IMG/VR virus record: IMGVR_UViG_3300030390_000234 | Length of the DNA: 29,068 nucleotides | Direction: 5' to 3' (one strand) | DNA from: a virus | Part shown: piece after piece, positions 8,772 through 15,390 of the stretch | Layout: each line of letters begins with the position of its first letter | Numbering within the stretch: position 1 is the first letter of the stretch | Made by a program: the position numbers and the translations under genes | The notes under the pieces: model-generated | The model's database searches: none | Told to the model about the DNA's origin: nothing | Seen by the model: only the letters and a program-made list of their open reading frames with translations

Positions 8772-9117
8772 ATATTTTAAAAGTAGTGAGTTTATTTGCA
8801 ATGGTGTAAATTGTTATGATTTGGTAAATAAAGAATCATTAAGCAAATTAGACAATGCAAGAGAACTTGCTAATACACCATTTAAGATAAATTCTAGTTG
8901 GAGAGATGAATACACAAATTTAGATGCTGGAGGAAAACCTAACTCGGCTCATTTAAGAGGAAAAGCATTTGATATATCTTGCACAACATCAAATAAGAGA
9001 TTAAAAATAGTCAAAGCATTATTAGACGCTGGATTTACTAGAATAGGAATAGCTAAAACATTTATTCACGCAGACGATGATACAGAATTGCCACAACAAG
9101 TAATGTGGTTATATTAA
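8764..9117 (+). CDS. Endolysin, peptidase M15 (zinc D-Ala-D-Ala carboxypeptidase/L-Ala-D-Glu peptidase-like), 117 aa
   Basis: FKSSEFIC...SSWRDEYTNLDAGGKPNSAHLRGKAFDIS...IGIAKTFIHADDD carries the H-x6-D...H zinc ligand pattern (SAH, AFD, HAD) of Peptidase_M15_3. Confidence 0.85.
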   Translation: MIKYFKSSEFICNGVNCYDLVNKESLSKLDNARELANTPFKINSSWRDEYTNLDAGGKPNSAHLRGKAFDISCTTSNKRLKIVKALLDAGFTRIGIAKTFIHADDDTELPQQVMWLY

Positions 9118-9134
9118 TTTAAAACCTTTCGTAT

Positions 9135-9350
9135 ATGAAACTATTATTAAAAAGCCTATCACAACTACCAGAAGTGTTAAAAGAGGGGCAGAGACAAAAG
9201 AAATGGAGTGCTAAGCGAAGTGTATCTGGTTTACTTATAGCTGGGGCATTAGCTGACATATCACAAAACGGCTTAACAGAGCTAAATGTAGTGTTATGTT
9301 TAATAGCAGTTTTGCCATTGTGCTTTAGTGTATTTAAAAGGGATGTATAA
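9135..9350 (+). CDS. Two-helix membrane protein (71 aa), holin/lysis accessory candidate
   Basis: Hydrophobic stretches VSGLLIAGALADI and LNVVLCLIAVLPLCFSVF, with a charged N-terminus. It lies immediately after the endolysin. Confidence 0.5.
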   Translation: MKLLLKSLSQLPEVLKEGQRQKKWSAKRSVSGLLIAGALADISQNGLTELNVVLCLIAVLPLCFSVFKRDV

Positions 9351-9366
9351 AATATTCCTTTTTTTT
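9336..9366 (+). terminator. Weak AT-rich rho-independent terminator candidate at the end of the late/lysis unit
   Basis: AAAAGGGAT (9336-9344), 9-nt loop, ATTCCTTTT (9354-9362). This is a 9-bp stem with one G-U pair, followed by a T run to 9366. Confidence 0.4.
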
Positions 9367-9376
9367 ACACCTATAT

Positions 9377-9399
9377 GTAAAATATATTTACTATATTTG
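9377..9399 (+). promoter_or_regulatory. Early promoter/operator copy P1: GTAAA-N5-TTTAC dyad overlapping a TATATTTG (TAnnTTTG) -7 box
   Basis: GTAAAATATATTTACTATATTTG. It is one of four near-identical intergenic copies, 38 nt upstream of the ATG at 9437. Confidence 0.6.
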
Positions 9400-9436
9400 T
9401 GTAACAAAGCTAAATACTAACTAAACAAAAAACAAA

Positions 9437-9643
9437 ATGGCAGAGTTACAAAACAAAGAGTGGATGTTCAACTTCATAGGAGGTGGCTGGAATACAGTCT
9501 ATGCTAAAACAAGAAGAGGTGCTATTACTAAAGCTATAAAAGAATATGCTGATAGTAAAACACTAAATGTGGATACAGATACTATGAAAAGAGTAGATAA
9601 AAATCCAGAAATATACAGAGGTGCATTAAGCCTATTTTACTAA
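9437..9643 (+). CDS. Early hypothetical protein (68 aa)
   Basis: First ORF after P1, with an A-rich leader and an ATG start. Confidence 0.6.
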   Translation: MAELQNKEWMFNFIGGGWNTVYAKTRRGAITKAIKEYADSKTLNVDTDTMKRVDKNPEIYRGALSLFY

Positions 9644-9658
9644 CTCTAAACACAGATT

Positions 9659-9853
9659 ATGACTAAACAAGAAAAACAATTAAGACTATTTGCACAATGG
9701 CTAAAAGATGCAGATGATGGTATCGACTTCGAGAGAGATGGACAAATGGAAACTGCCATCAAGAAAGCAGTACAAGATTGTATGTTCAAGATTGGAGATT
9801 GGCTTGAAGAAATCATTGATATGGAAGATGAACAATTAAACGAAGAATATTAA
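9659..9853 (+). CDS. Early hypothetical acidic protein (64 aa)
   Basis: Same-strand ORF, tightly spaced with its neighbours. Confidence 0.55.
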   Translation: MTKQEKQLRLFAQWLKDADDGIDFERDGQMETAIKKAVQDCMFKIGDWLEEIIDMEDEQLNEEY

Positions 9854-9855
9854 TT

Positions 9856-10065
9856 ATGAGCAGAGTATTTGAAAAATATGTTGAGCAAGTATTTGGAGAC
9901 AATCCGTATGCTTATGCAGAACAACAACAGATAGAGTTAAACGCAATGTATGATAAATATTGCGATAGACTAAAAAAGTGGGAATCTGGAGAGATAACAC
10001 TCTTAAATGGTGGCTCAGTAAAGGAATGGGTTTATTTAGGTAGACCACGAAACCCAAACATATAG
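9856..10065 (+). CDS. Early hypothetical protein (69 aa)
   Basis: ATG lies 2 nt after the previous stop. The ORF is followed by a hairpin and T run. Confidence 0.55.
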   Translation: MSRVFEKYVEQVFGDNPYAYAEQQQIELNAMYDKYCDRLKKWESGEITLLNGGSVKEWVYLGRPRNPNI

Positions 10066-10075
10066 GGTTTTTTTC
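10050..10075 (+). terminator. Small rho-independent terminator/attenuator candidate between P1 and P2 units
   Basis: AAACCC (10050-10055), 9-nt loop, GGGTTT (10065-10070), then TTTTT. The stop codon of the upstream ORF lies in the loop/stem. Confidence 0.45.
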
Positions 10076-10084
10076 TTTGTGTAT

Positions 10085-10107
10085 GTAAAATTTATTTGCT
10101 ATATTTA
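10085..10107 (+). promoter_or_regulatory. Early promoter/operator copy P2
   Basis: GTAAAATTTATTTGCTATATTTA. A TTTG at 10076-10079 lies 24 nt (start to start) upstream of the TATATTTA box, which fits the Bacteroidota -33/-7 spacing. The leader AATACTAACCTAAACAAA is shared with P1. Confidence 0.6.
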
Positions 10108-10139
10108 TTCTAACATAAAAAAATACTAACCTAAACAAA

Positions 10140-10406
10140 ATGAAAATGAAAAACACAATCAGCCAATACGCAACCGATGAGTTGATAGGCAAATCAGTAA
10201 ATGTAAATGGTAAACCGATGAGATGGAGTACTTGGAACTTGCTAGTAACAAAACGAGATTTAACAATGTATGTTGAATACGGAATGCGACCACATAGAAA
10301 CTGGAGAGTTACAGATGTAAAAAAGTATTTCGGAATAAAAGGTACTGGGAAAAATTTACTGAACAACTTTATGAAATTGTATAACGAACAAATAAAACAA
10401 TCATAA
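10140..10406 (+). CDS. Early hypothetical protein (88 aa)
   Basis: First ORF after P2. Confidence 0.6.
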   Translation: MKMKNTISQYATDELIGKSVNVNGKPMRWSTWNLLVTKRDLTMYVEYGMRPHRNWRVTDVKKYFGIKGTGKNLLNNFMKLYNEQIKQS

Positions 10407-10591
10407 TGATAAAGCTAAAAAACAACTTACACATACTAAACGGCACAGAGGTGTGGTCTTACACAACTAAAGTAGGAGTGATACACGATGACCACATTCA
10501 AGAATTAGGTTACTGGTCAAAGACAACAAGAAGGCATATTAACTATGTAGGTCAATACTACAACAAAGAAGTAAAGTATTATGAAAATTAG
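10406..10591 (+). CDS. Early hypothetical protein (61 aa)
   Basis: TAATG overlap with the previous gene. Confidence 0.55.
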   Translation: MIKLKNNLHILNGTEVWSYTTKVGVIHDDHIQELGYWSKTTRRHINYVGQYYNKEVKYYEN

Positions 10592-10928
10592 ACTACAAAA
10601 AAATCAATATATTAAGAATTGCAGTACAGATAAAGCGTATGCAATAGATTTCAGTAAGTATGGAGATAAGAGTATGGTTTTTCTTCCTAAAAGCAAAACT
10701 GAATTTAAGGAGATAGAAATTATTAAAGATGGTTCGTACTGGACTACTGAGTACGAAATAGAATTTCCAGACTGGTGTTATGTCCATATGAGTGATAACC
10801 AGAAAATGACAATAGATTTTATAATTAAACAATGGACAGAAACAGAGGAAGATTGGGAAGCTGAATGTGAACATCAGCAAAATGAAAAATTAGGAATTAA
10901 CGATGACTATCAAGAACGAGCATTATGA
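10581..10928 (+). CDS. Early hypothetical protein (115 aa)
   Basis: Overlaps the previous gene by 11 nt and the next by 4 nt (ATGA). Confidence 0.55.
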   Translation: MKIRLQKNQYIKNCSTDKAYAIDFSKYGDKSMVFLPKSKTEFKEIEIIKDGSYWTTEYEIEFPDWCYVHMSDNQKMTIDFIIKQWTETEEDWEAECEHQQNEKLGINDDYQERAL

Positions 10929-11245
10929 AGATAAAGAAACACGAAAAGATAATTAAAGATTTCTTAACTGCTAAACCACATCTAAGAGATAACGATATGA
11001 AACTATTAGCTTCTGTGTGGTGGCAAGAAATTAGAAGTAAGGGTTTAGACCTACATTCTTACTCAGCACACGAGACGTTAGAGCTTTTAGCTAATGGTAA
11101 ACTATCTAACCCATCAAGTATTAGAAGATGCAGAGCAAAATTACAAGAACTGCATCCAGAACTTAGAGGTAACAGATATAAAGATAGACAAAAAAACCAG
11201 CGAAGTGAGGTTGCAACTGAGATTAAGCATTGGAATAACAAATAA
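10925..11245 (+). CDS. Early hypothetical basic protein (106 aa), possibly DNA-binding
   Basis: ATGA coupling. Basic C-terminal half (IRRCRAKLQELHPELRGNRYKDRQKNQR). Confidence 0.55.
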   Translation: MKIKKHEKIIKDFLTAKPHLRDNDMKLLASVWWQEIRSKGLDLHSYSAHETLELLANGKLSNPSSIRRCRAKLQELHPELRGNRYKDRQKNQRSEVATEIKHWNNK

Positions 11246-11259
11246 ATTTACTATATTTA
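11246..11259 (+). promoter_or_regulatory. Early promoter/operator copy P3 (upstream dyad arm degenerate)
   Basis: ATTTACTATATTTA lies directly after the stop at 11243-11245 and 22 nt upstream of the ATG at 11281. Confidence 0.5.
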
Positions 11260-11280
11260 CACAAACAAAAAACAGAAATT

Positions 11281-11775
11281 ATGGAAGTAAAGAATTCAAA
11301 AGTAATGAGCGTTCAAGCTAACGGAAGCTGGGAAGGTAACTACGGAGTAATGTACAAGTTCGAGATAGTATTTCAGAACGGAGATGTAGGAGAGTATTCT
11401 TCTAAGAGCCAAGCACAAAACAAATTCGAGCAAGGTGCTGAAACAGAATACGAATATCACGCTGGACAATTCCCTAAGATAAAACCTCACTACTCCAAAC
11501 CACAAGGTGGATTTTCTGGTGGTGGAACACCAGCTAAATCTTTTGGTAAGTCAGATGATGTGCAAACTAAAATTGTACGACAATCTATGCTAAAAGCAAG
11601 TGTAGATTTTCACGCAATAAATCCAGAACTAAAACCTAGTGAAATAGATGTGCTGAAAACTGCTGAAAGATTTGTAGCTTTTGTGAACGGCAATTCAGAA
11701 ACTCAGTTACCTAAAGAGTGGAAGCAAGAAGCTATGATAGATAGAGGAGAAAAAACTAACGATTTACCATTTTAA
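11281..11775 (+). CDS. Putative ssDNA-binding protein (164 aa) with an SSB-like C-terminal tip
   Basis: The C-terminus ...GEKTNDLPF mimics the bacterial SSB tip (DDDIPF). There is a Gly-rich linker (KPQGGFSGGGTP). It is the first gene of the replication cluster after P3. Confidence 0.4.
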   Translation: MEVKNSKVMSVQANGSWEGNYGVMYKFEIVFQNGDVGEYSSKSQAQNKFEQGAETEYEYHAGQFPKIKPHYSKPQGGFSGGGTPAKSFGKSDDVQTKIVRQSMLKASVDFHAINPELKPSEIDVLKTAERFVAFVNGNSETQLPKEWKQEAMIDRGEKTNDLPF

Positions 11776-11778
11776 TAT

Positions 11779-11991
11779 ATGATACCATTCGAACCGATAC
11801 ACAAAAACGGCAAAGTGATAAAGTTATACTTTGACACTAAAGCTGATGCAATAAAAAAGCTAAATGTTTCTAGACCGACAATGAACAAGATTTGTCGCTC
11901 TGGCGACCTTTTCTATAAATATGTACCTCAGATAGCCAAAGTATGTAAAGTGCCAGTAGAGGAGATATTATTGCTACACAGAAAGCTATAA
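11779..11991 (+). CDS. Small helix-turn-helix DNA-binding protein (70 aa)
   Basis: AIKKLNVSRPTMNKICRSG looks like an HTH. It lies between the SSB-like and initiator genes. Confidence 0.5.
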   Translation: MIPFEPIHKNGKVIKLYFDTKADAIKKLNVSRPTMNKICRSGDLFYKYVPQIAKVCKVPVEEILLLHRKL

Positions 11992-11993
11992 CT

Positions 11994-12761
11994 ATGGAAT
12001 ATTCATTTAACACAGAACACGCAAAGCTATATGGAGTAAACGAAGCGATTATGCTAAAGAATTTTCAATTCTGGATTCGGAAGAATAAAGCTAACAAAAA
12101 TGCAAATCACGATGGTAGAACTTGGACTTATAATTCAACAATAGCATTTACAGAGTTATTTGGATTCTGGAGTACTGGACAGATAAAAAGAATACTAAAG
12201 TCTTTAGAAGAGCAAAATGTTTTGATGGTAGGTAACTACAACAAAGCAAAATATGATAGGACTAAGTGGTATGCTTTTGTAGATGAAAGTGCATTTATTG
12301 ATACTGACAATACCATTAGCCGAAATCAGCCAATGGAACATACGGAACCGACAAATGCAATAGCACATTTTAGCCAACCTATACCAGATGTAAAACATAC
12401 AGATAGTAAACCAGATAGTAAAAACATATATTATAAACATATGCTATCACTATATGATAGCTTTTGCCTAAAAGAATTTGATGCACCTTGCAAAATTAAT
12501 GGTATGGAAGGGAATGCTCTAAAGCAAATAATAACCTACCTAATAAAAGTGTGTCAAAATAAAGGAATGACAGAAGATAAGTGTACAACTAGTTTTGAGT
12601 ATATTTTGAACAACTGGGATAAATTAGATGATTTTACTAGAAAGCAAATAAAGTTATCACAAATTAACTCTAACATAACTAATATCATAAACCAGCTAAA
12701 GAATGGAAAAGCCACGCAAACAAAATCTCTTGCCGAAGACATCCTCGCAAAGTACAGATAG
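11994..12761 (+). CDS. Replication initiator/replisome organiser candidate (winged-helix N-domain), 255 aa
   Basis: GVNEAIMLKNFQFWIRKN...DGRTWTYNSTIAFTELFGFWSTGQIKRILKSLEEQNVLMVGNYNKAKYDRTKWYAF is the pattern of phage Rep/DnaD-like winged-helix N-domains (memory-based). Iteron-like repeats lie in the central linker of the gene. Confidence 0.5.
   Translation: MEYSFNTEHAKLYGVNEAIMLKNFQFWIRKNKANKNANHDGRTWTYNSTIAFTELFGFWSTGQIKRILKSLEEQNVLMVGNYNKAKYDRTKWYAFVDESAFIDTDNTISRNQPMEHTEPTNAIAHFSQPIPDVKHTDSKPDSKNIYYKHMLSLYDSFCLKEFDAPCKINGMEGNALKQIITYLIKVCQNKGMTEDKCTTSFEYILNNWDKLDDFTRKQIKLSQINSNITNIINQLKNGKATQTKSLAEDILAKYR
12384..12461. repeat. Iteron-like tandem repeats plus an AT-rich tract and a 7-bp inverted repeat: candidate replication origin inside the initiator gene
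   Basis: CCAGATGTAAAACATA / CAGATAGTAAAC / CAGATAGTAAAAACATA (12384-12428), then the AT-rich ATATTATAAACATAT, then GCTATCA-ctata-TGATAGC (12443-12461). Confidence 0.45.
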
Positions 12762-12768
12762 ACAGATA

Positions 12769-13245
12769 ATGAGTCCAGTAGATACTGGATTTAATATACA
12801 AGTTCTGAAACTAAAAATGAATGATATTGTAGATATTGCTCTGGTACATAAACCAAAGACTTTGTATCGCCAGTTTTTAGATAATGAAGAAATGACCATT
12901 GACATAGTAAAGCTAATGCTAATACAATTACAAGATTTCTATAACTGCAAATCTAAGATGACAGATGCACAACTTACTGAATCAGCATATTTGATATGTG
13001 GGGAGTACAGACATTTTAACTACTACGATATAGGAATGTGTCTAAAGTTAGCTAAGACAAGAGAAAAGGTGTATGACAGAGTAGATGGTGGAATGGTTTT
13101 GAACTGGCTAAAGCAATTTGATATAGACAGAAACAATCTAATTATGATAGAACGACAAAATCAGAAGGCCAAACAAGATGGAGAGTGGAGTAGTCTAGGA
13201 GACAGAAGTTCTGTGGTAACACTAAAAAGTTTCTTATCAGATTAG
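12769..13245 (+). CDS. Hypothetical protein (158 aa from ATG 12769), replication-associated by position
   Basis: The ORF is open from 12703, but the ATG at 12769 lies 8 nt after the initiator stop and avoids a 59-nt overlap. Confidence 0.5.
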   Translation: MSPVDTGFNIQVLKLKMNDIVDIALVHKPKTLYRQFLDNEEMTIDIVKLMLIQLQDFYNCKSKMTDAQLTESAYLICGEYRHFNYYDIGMCLKLAKTREKVYDRVDGGMVLNWLKQFDIDRNNLIMIERQNQKAKQDGEWSSLGDRSSVVTLKSFLSD

Positions 13246-13252
13246 TGTGTGT

Positions 13253-13275
13253 GTAAATAATATTTACTATATTTA
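13253..13275 (+). promoter_or_regulatory. Early promoter/operator copy P4
   Basis: GTAAATAATATTTACTATATTTA, with perfect GTAAA/TTTAC arms. It lies 22 nt upstream of the ATG at 13297. Confidence 0.6.
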
Positions 13276-13296
13276 TTGAAACAAAAAACAAGACAG

Positions 13297-13482
13297 ATGA
13301 CAACAAAAATTTTACAAAACAAGCTATTTAAGATTCAGATGGCTATTATTGAGCTAAACGGCAGTACAATGGAAACTTGCAAATTTGATAGTGATACAGA
13401 AACTATTAAAGTATGGAAAGCACTAAATCTAGCCGTAAGTAGCTTAGAAGATGCAAGAACACTAATACATCAAAACAAATAA
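13297..13482 (+). CDS. Hypothetical protein (61 aa from ATG 13297)
   Basis: The ATG at 13297 sits at the same distance from the promoter box as in P3. The TTG at 13276 listed in the track lies inside the promoter leader. Confidence 0.5.
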   Translation: MTTKILQNKLFKIQMAIIELNGSTMETCKFDSDTETIKVWKALNLAVSSLEDARTLIHQNK

Positions 13483-13483
13483 T

Positions 13484-13696
13484 ATGGATAATTTACACCA
13501 CATATTCGGAGATGTTCTTGGAGATTTAAAAAATCTATTACCAGCTAAATATAAAATTGTAGCAAAATACAAGAATGGTAAGTTTGAGCAAATAGATACT
13601 GCGAGTAGCAAACAAGAAGCTATTTTTTTAATGGAAGGTTACAGAAAATCTTATAAAGATGGCTGGACAATAGTAATGTATAACATAGAAAATTAA
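13484..13696 (+). CDS. Hypothetical protein (70 aa)
   Basis: Tightly spaced same-strand ORF. Confidence 0.55.
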   Translation: MDNLHHIFGDVLGDLKNLLPAKYKIVAKYKNGKFEQIDTASSKQEAIFLMEGYRKSYKDGWTIVMYNIEN

Positions 13697-13890
13697 TGAA
13701 AACGACTAACATATACAGAGTATGGTTTGGAGATGAATTAGAGCAAGATGTTACATTAGTAGCTGAGTTTAAATATTTAGCCTTACTAACTCAATGTAAA
13801 CCAATGTTAATAAAAGAAGCTAAATCAAGAGGTCTTACGATGCAGATTAGAGTTTTAGTAGTAGAGCATTATAAAAATGAATTAGTGTAG
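13696..13890 (+). CDS. Hypothetical protein (64 aa)
   Basis: TAATG overlap with the previous ORF. Confidence 0.5.
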   Translation: MKTTNIYRVWFGDELEQDVTLVAEFKYLALLTQCKPMLIKEAKSRGLTMQIRVLVVEHYKNELV

Positions 13891-13893
13891 CAT

Positions 13894-14079
13894 ATGGATG
13901 AATATAGCCTAAGACACAAACAAATGATAGACAAGCTAAAGTCTAAAAGTATGGTTTATAAGACAAACTGGGAGTTAGTTACTGGTTGGAAAAAGACTGG
14001 TAGCTGGTACACTTATAAGTATGTAGATGAATTGCCACGCTCGGCTGGTTCTAAGATTAATGGACAACCAGCATTGTGA
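13894..14079 (+). CDS. Hypothetical protein (61 aa)
   Basis: Same-strand ORF. Its TGA overlaps the GTG start of the HNH gene (GTGA). Confidence 0.5.
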   Translation: MDEYSLRHKQMIDKLKSKSMVYKTNWELVTGWKKTGSWYTYKYVDELPRSAGSKINGQPAL

Positions 14080-14339
14080 AAAATCATACAAAGATATACC
14101 TAAAATATTTTGACTATATTGCAGATGATTTTATTCCTTGCGAAGTCTGTAATTCCAGAGCCGTAGATATTCATCACATTGAATGCAGAGGTATGGGTGG
14201 TTCAGATAAAGATAGGATAGAAAATTTAATGGCAGTATGCCGAAAATGTCATTTAGATTATGGCGACAAAAAACAGCATCTGGAGTGGTTACAAGAAATC
14301 CACTCAGAAAAAGTCAAAGAACAAGCAACCAGAGTATGA
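14076..14339 (+). CDS. HNH endonuclease (87 aa), GTG start
   Basis: CEVCNSRAVDIHHIECRGMGGSDKDRIENLMAVCRKCH carries CxxC...HH...N...CxxCH. Confidence 0.7.
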   Translation: MKNHTKIYLKYFDYIADDFIPCEVCNSRAVDIHHIECRGMGGSDKDRIENLMAVCRKCHLDYGDKKQHLEWLQEIHSEKVKEQATRV

Positions 14340-14670
14340 ATTGCAAGTCGCAGTTTGTAAGTATCTGGGATTCAAATATCCAAACATATTTTTTAATGGA
14401 AGTGCTGGAGGTATGAGAACATATCTTTCGGTTGCTCGTAGAATGAAAGCTACTGGATACCAAGCTGGTTTCCCAGACTTATTTATCTATGAGCCAAGAA
14501 ATCAATATAATGGTTTAGCAATAGAATTAAAGGTAAAAGGAAATTATGCAAGTCCTAAACAAAAAATGGTCTTGGGTAAGCTCAAAGACGCTGGTTACAG
14601 AACAGAAATATGTACTGGATTCGACAATGCACAACAAGTTATTGATGAATACTTATCTAAAACAAAATAA
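14260..14670 (+). CDS. VRR-NUC domain nuclease (PD-(D/E)xK fold), 136 aa; start uncertain
   Basis: EYELQVAVCKYLGFKYPNIFF...GYQAGFPDLFIYEP...GLAIELKVKGNYASPKQKMVLGKLKDAGYRTEICTGFDNAQQVI shows the VRR-NUC pattern (E...PDL...ELK...Q). The only in-frame ATG gives an 80-nt overlap with the HNH gene. Confidence 0.7.
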   Translation: MATKNSIWSGYKKSTQKKSKNKQPEYELQVAVCKYLGFKYPNIFFNGSAGGMRTYLSVARRMKATGYQAGFPDLFIYEPRNQYNGLAIELKVKGNYASPKQKMVLGKLKDAGYRTEICTGFDNAQQVIDEYLSKTK

Positions 14671-14672
14671 AT

Positions 14673-14876
14673 ATGTCTATTCCGAAAGCAAAAAAAGGTG
14701 AAAGTACACAATCATTTATGTACAGATGTTTGTCAGATTCACATATGATAAAAGTATATAAAAACAAAACACAAAGAGTTGCAGTATGCTCACTAGAACT
14801 AAAAATAAGAGATGAAAAAGTTAAAAATCAAAAAGCTAAAGCGAAATCCAAACAATCCAAGAGTAATAAAGGATAG
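14673..14876 (+). CDS. Hypothetical protein (67 aa) with a Lys-rich tail
   Basis: ATG lies 2 nt after the VRR-NUC stop. Carries ESTQSFMYRCLSD...QRVAVCSLE. The 3' 65 nt overlap the ParB-like gene. Confidence 0.45.
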   Translation: MSIPKAKKGESTQSFMYRCLSDSHMIKVYKNKTQRVAVCSLELKIRDEKVKNQKAKAKSKQSKSNKG

Positions 14877-15390
14877 TAAATTTGAGAAACTAAAAGCTAG
14901 TATAAAGCAGTTTCCTAAAATGATGGATTTAAGACCTATTGTATTAGATGATTCTAATGTAGTAATAGGTGGAAATATGAGATTAAAAGCTTGTACAGAT
15001 ATAGGCTGGACAGAAGTACCAACGATTGTATTTTCAAAAAAAGACTGGGAAGAAAACGAAATGCATTTAGATGTAGATTTAAGAAAATCATATGCTGATA
15101 GATGTAATGAGTTCATAATAAAAGATAATGCTGGATTTGGAGAATGGGATTGGGATATACTTGCTAATTCATATGAAGAAAAAGATTTAGACTTCTGGGG
15201 TTTAGATGTTTGGCAATCAGAAGATATTGATTACGAACCTACACTCAATCCAGATACAGAATACTCTGATGTTACTAAAGAAGAAATAGAAAAAAAGGCT
15301 AAGCAGTTAGCAGAACAAATGGTACAAGAACTTAAAAACACAGAAGTTATTTGTCCAAATTGTCAACACGAATTTAATGTACAATTATAA
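14812..15390 (+). CDS. ParB/Srx N-terminal-domain protein (192 aa) with no methyltransferase domain and a C-terminal CxxC knuckle
   Basis: KIKKLKRNPNNPRVIKDSKFEKLKASIKQF...RPIVLDDSNVVIGGNMRLKACTDIGWTEVP is a ParB-N pattern. Also EWDWDILAN...DLDFWGLD, and VICPNCQHEF at the end. Confidence 0.7.
   Translation: MKKLKIKKLKRNPNNPRVIKDSKFEKLKASIKQFPKMMDLRPIVLDDSNVVIGGNMRLKACTDIGWTEVPTIVFSKKDWEENEMHLDVDLRKSYADRCNEFIIKDNAGFGEWDWDILANSYEEKDLDFWGLDVWQSEDIDYEPTLNPDTEYSDVTKEEIEKKAKQLAEQMVQELKNTEVICPNCQHEFNVQL

Noticed and set aside
9854-10366. 170-aa ORF on the minus strand, the longest antisense ORF in the window.
   Set aside because: It runs antisense to two well-placed + strand ORFs and straight through terminator and promoter copy P2. 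Its peptide is Phe/Leu/Ile-rich low-complexity sequence, typical of the reverse complement of A-rich coding DNA. No other minus-strand gene exists in the genome.
11094-11321. 75-aa + strand ORF overlapping the end of 10925-11245 and the start of 11281-11775.
   Set aside because: It spans promoter copy P3 and overlaps two better-supported genes in other frames. It is probably a chance ORF in A-rich sequence.
12703-12768. Upstream ATG at 12703 for the 12703-13245 ORF.
   Set aside because: It would overlap the initiator gene by 59 nt. The ATG at 12769 sits 8 nt after the initiator stop, matching the spacing style of the rest of the genome. The longer form cannot be excluded.
13245-13254. (GT)5 microsatellite right after the stop at 13243-13245.
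   Set aside because: It is very short, and no second copy or functional context was seen. It is probably incidental sequence upstream of P4.
13276-13296. TTG start at 13276 listed by the ORF track.
   Set aside because: It lies 1 nt after the P4 promoter box, inside the A-rich leader. The ATG at 13297 is at the same distance from the box as the ATG behind P3.
14101-14120. Near match to the early promoter core (ATTTTGACTATATTG) inside the HNH gene.
   Set aside because: It lacks the upstream GTAAA arm, has a mismatched -7 box (TATATTGC), and lies within coding sequence with no downstream start in frame.
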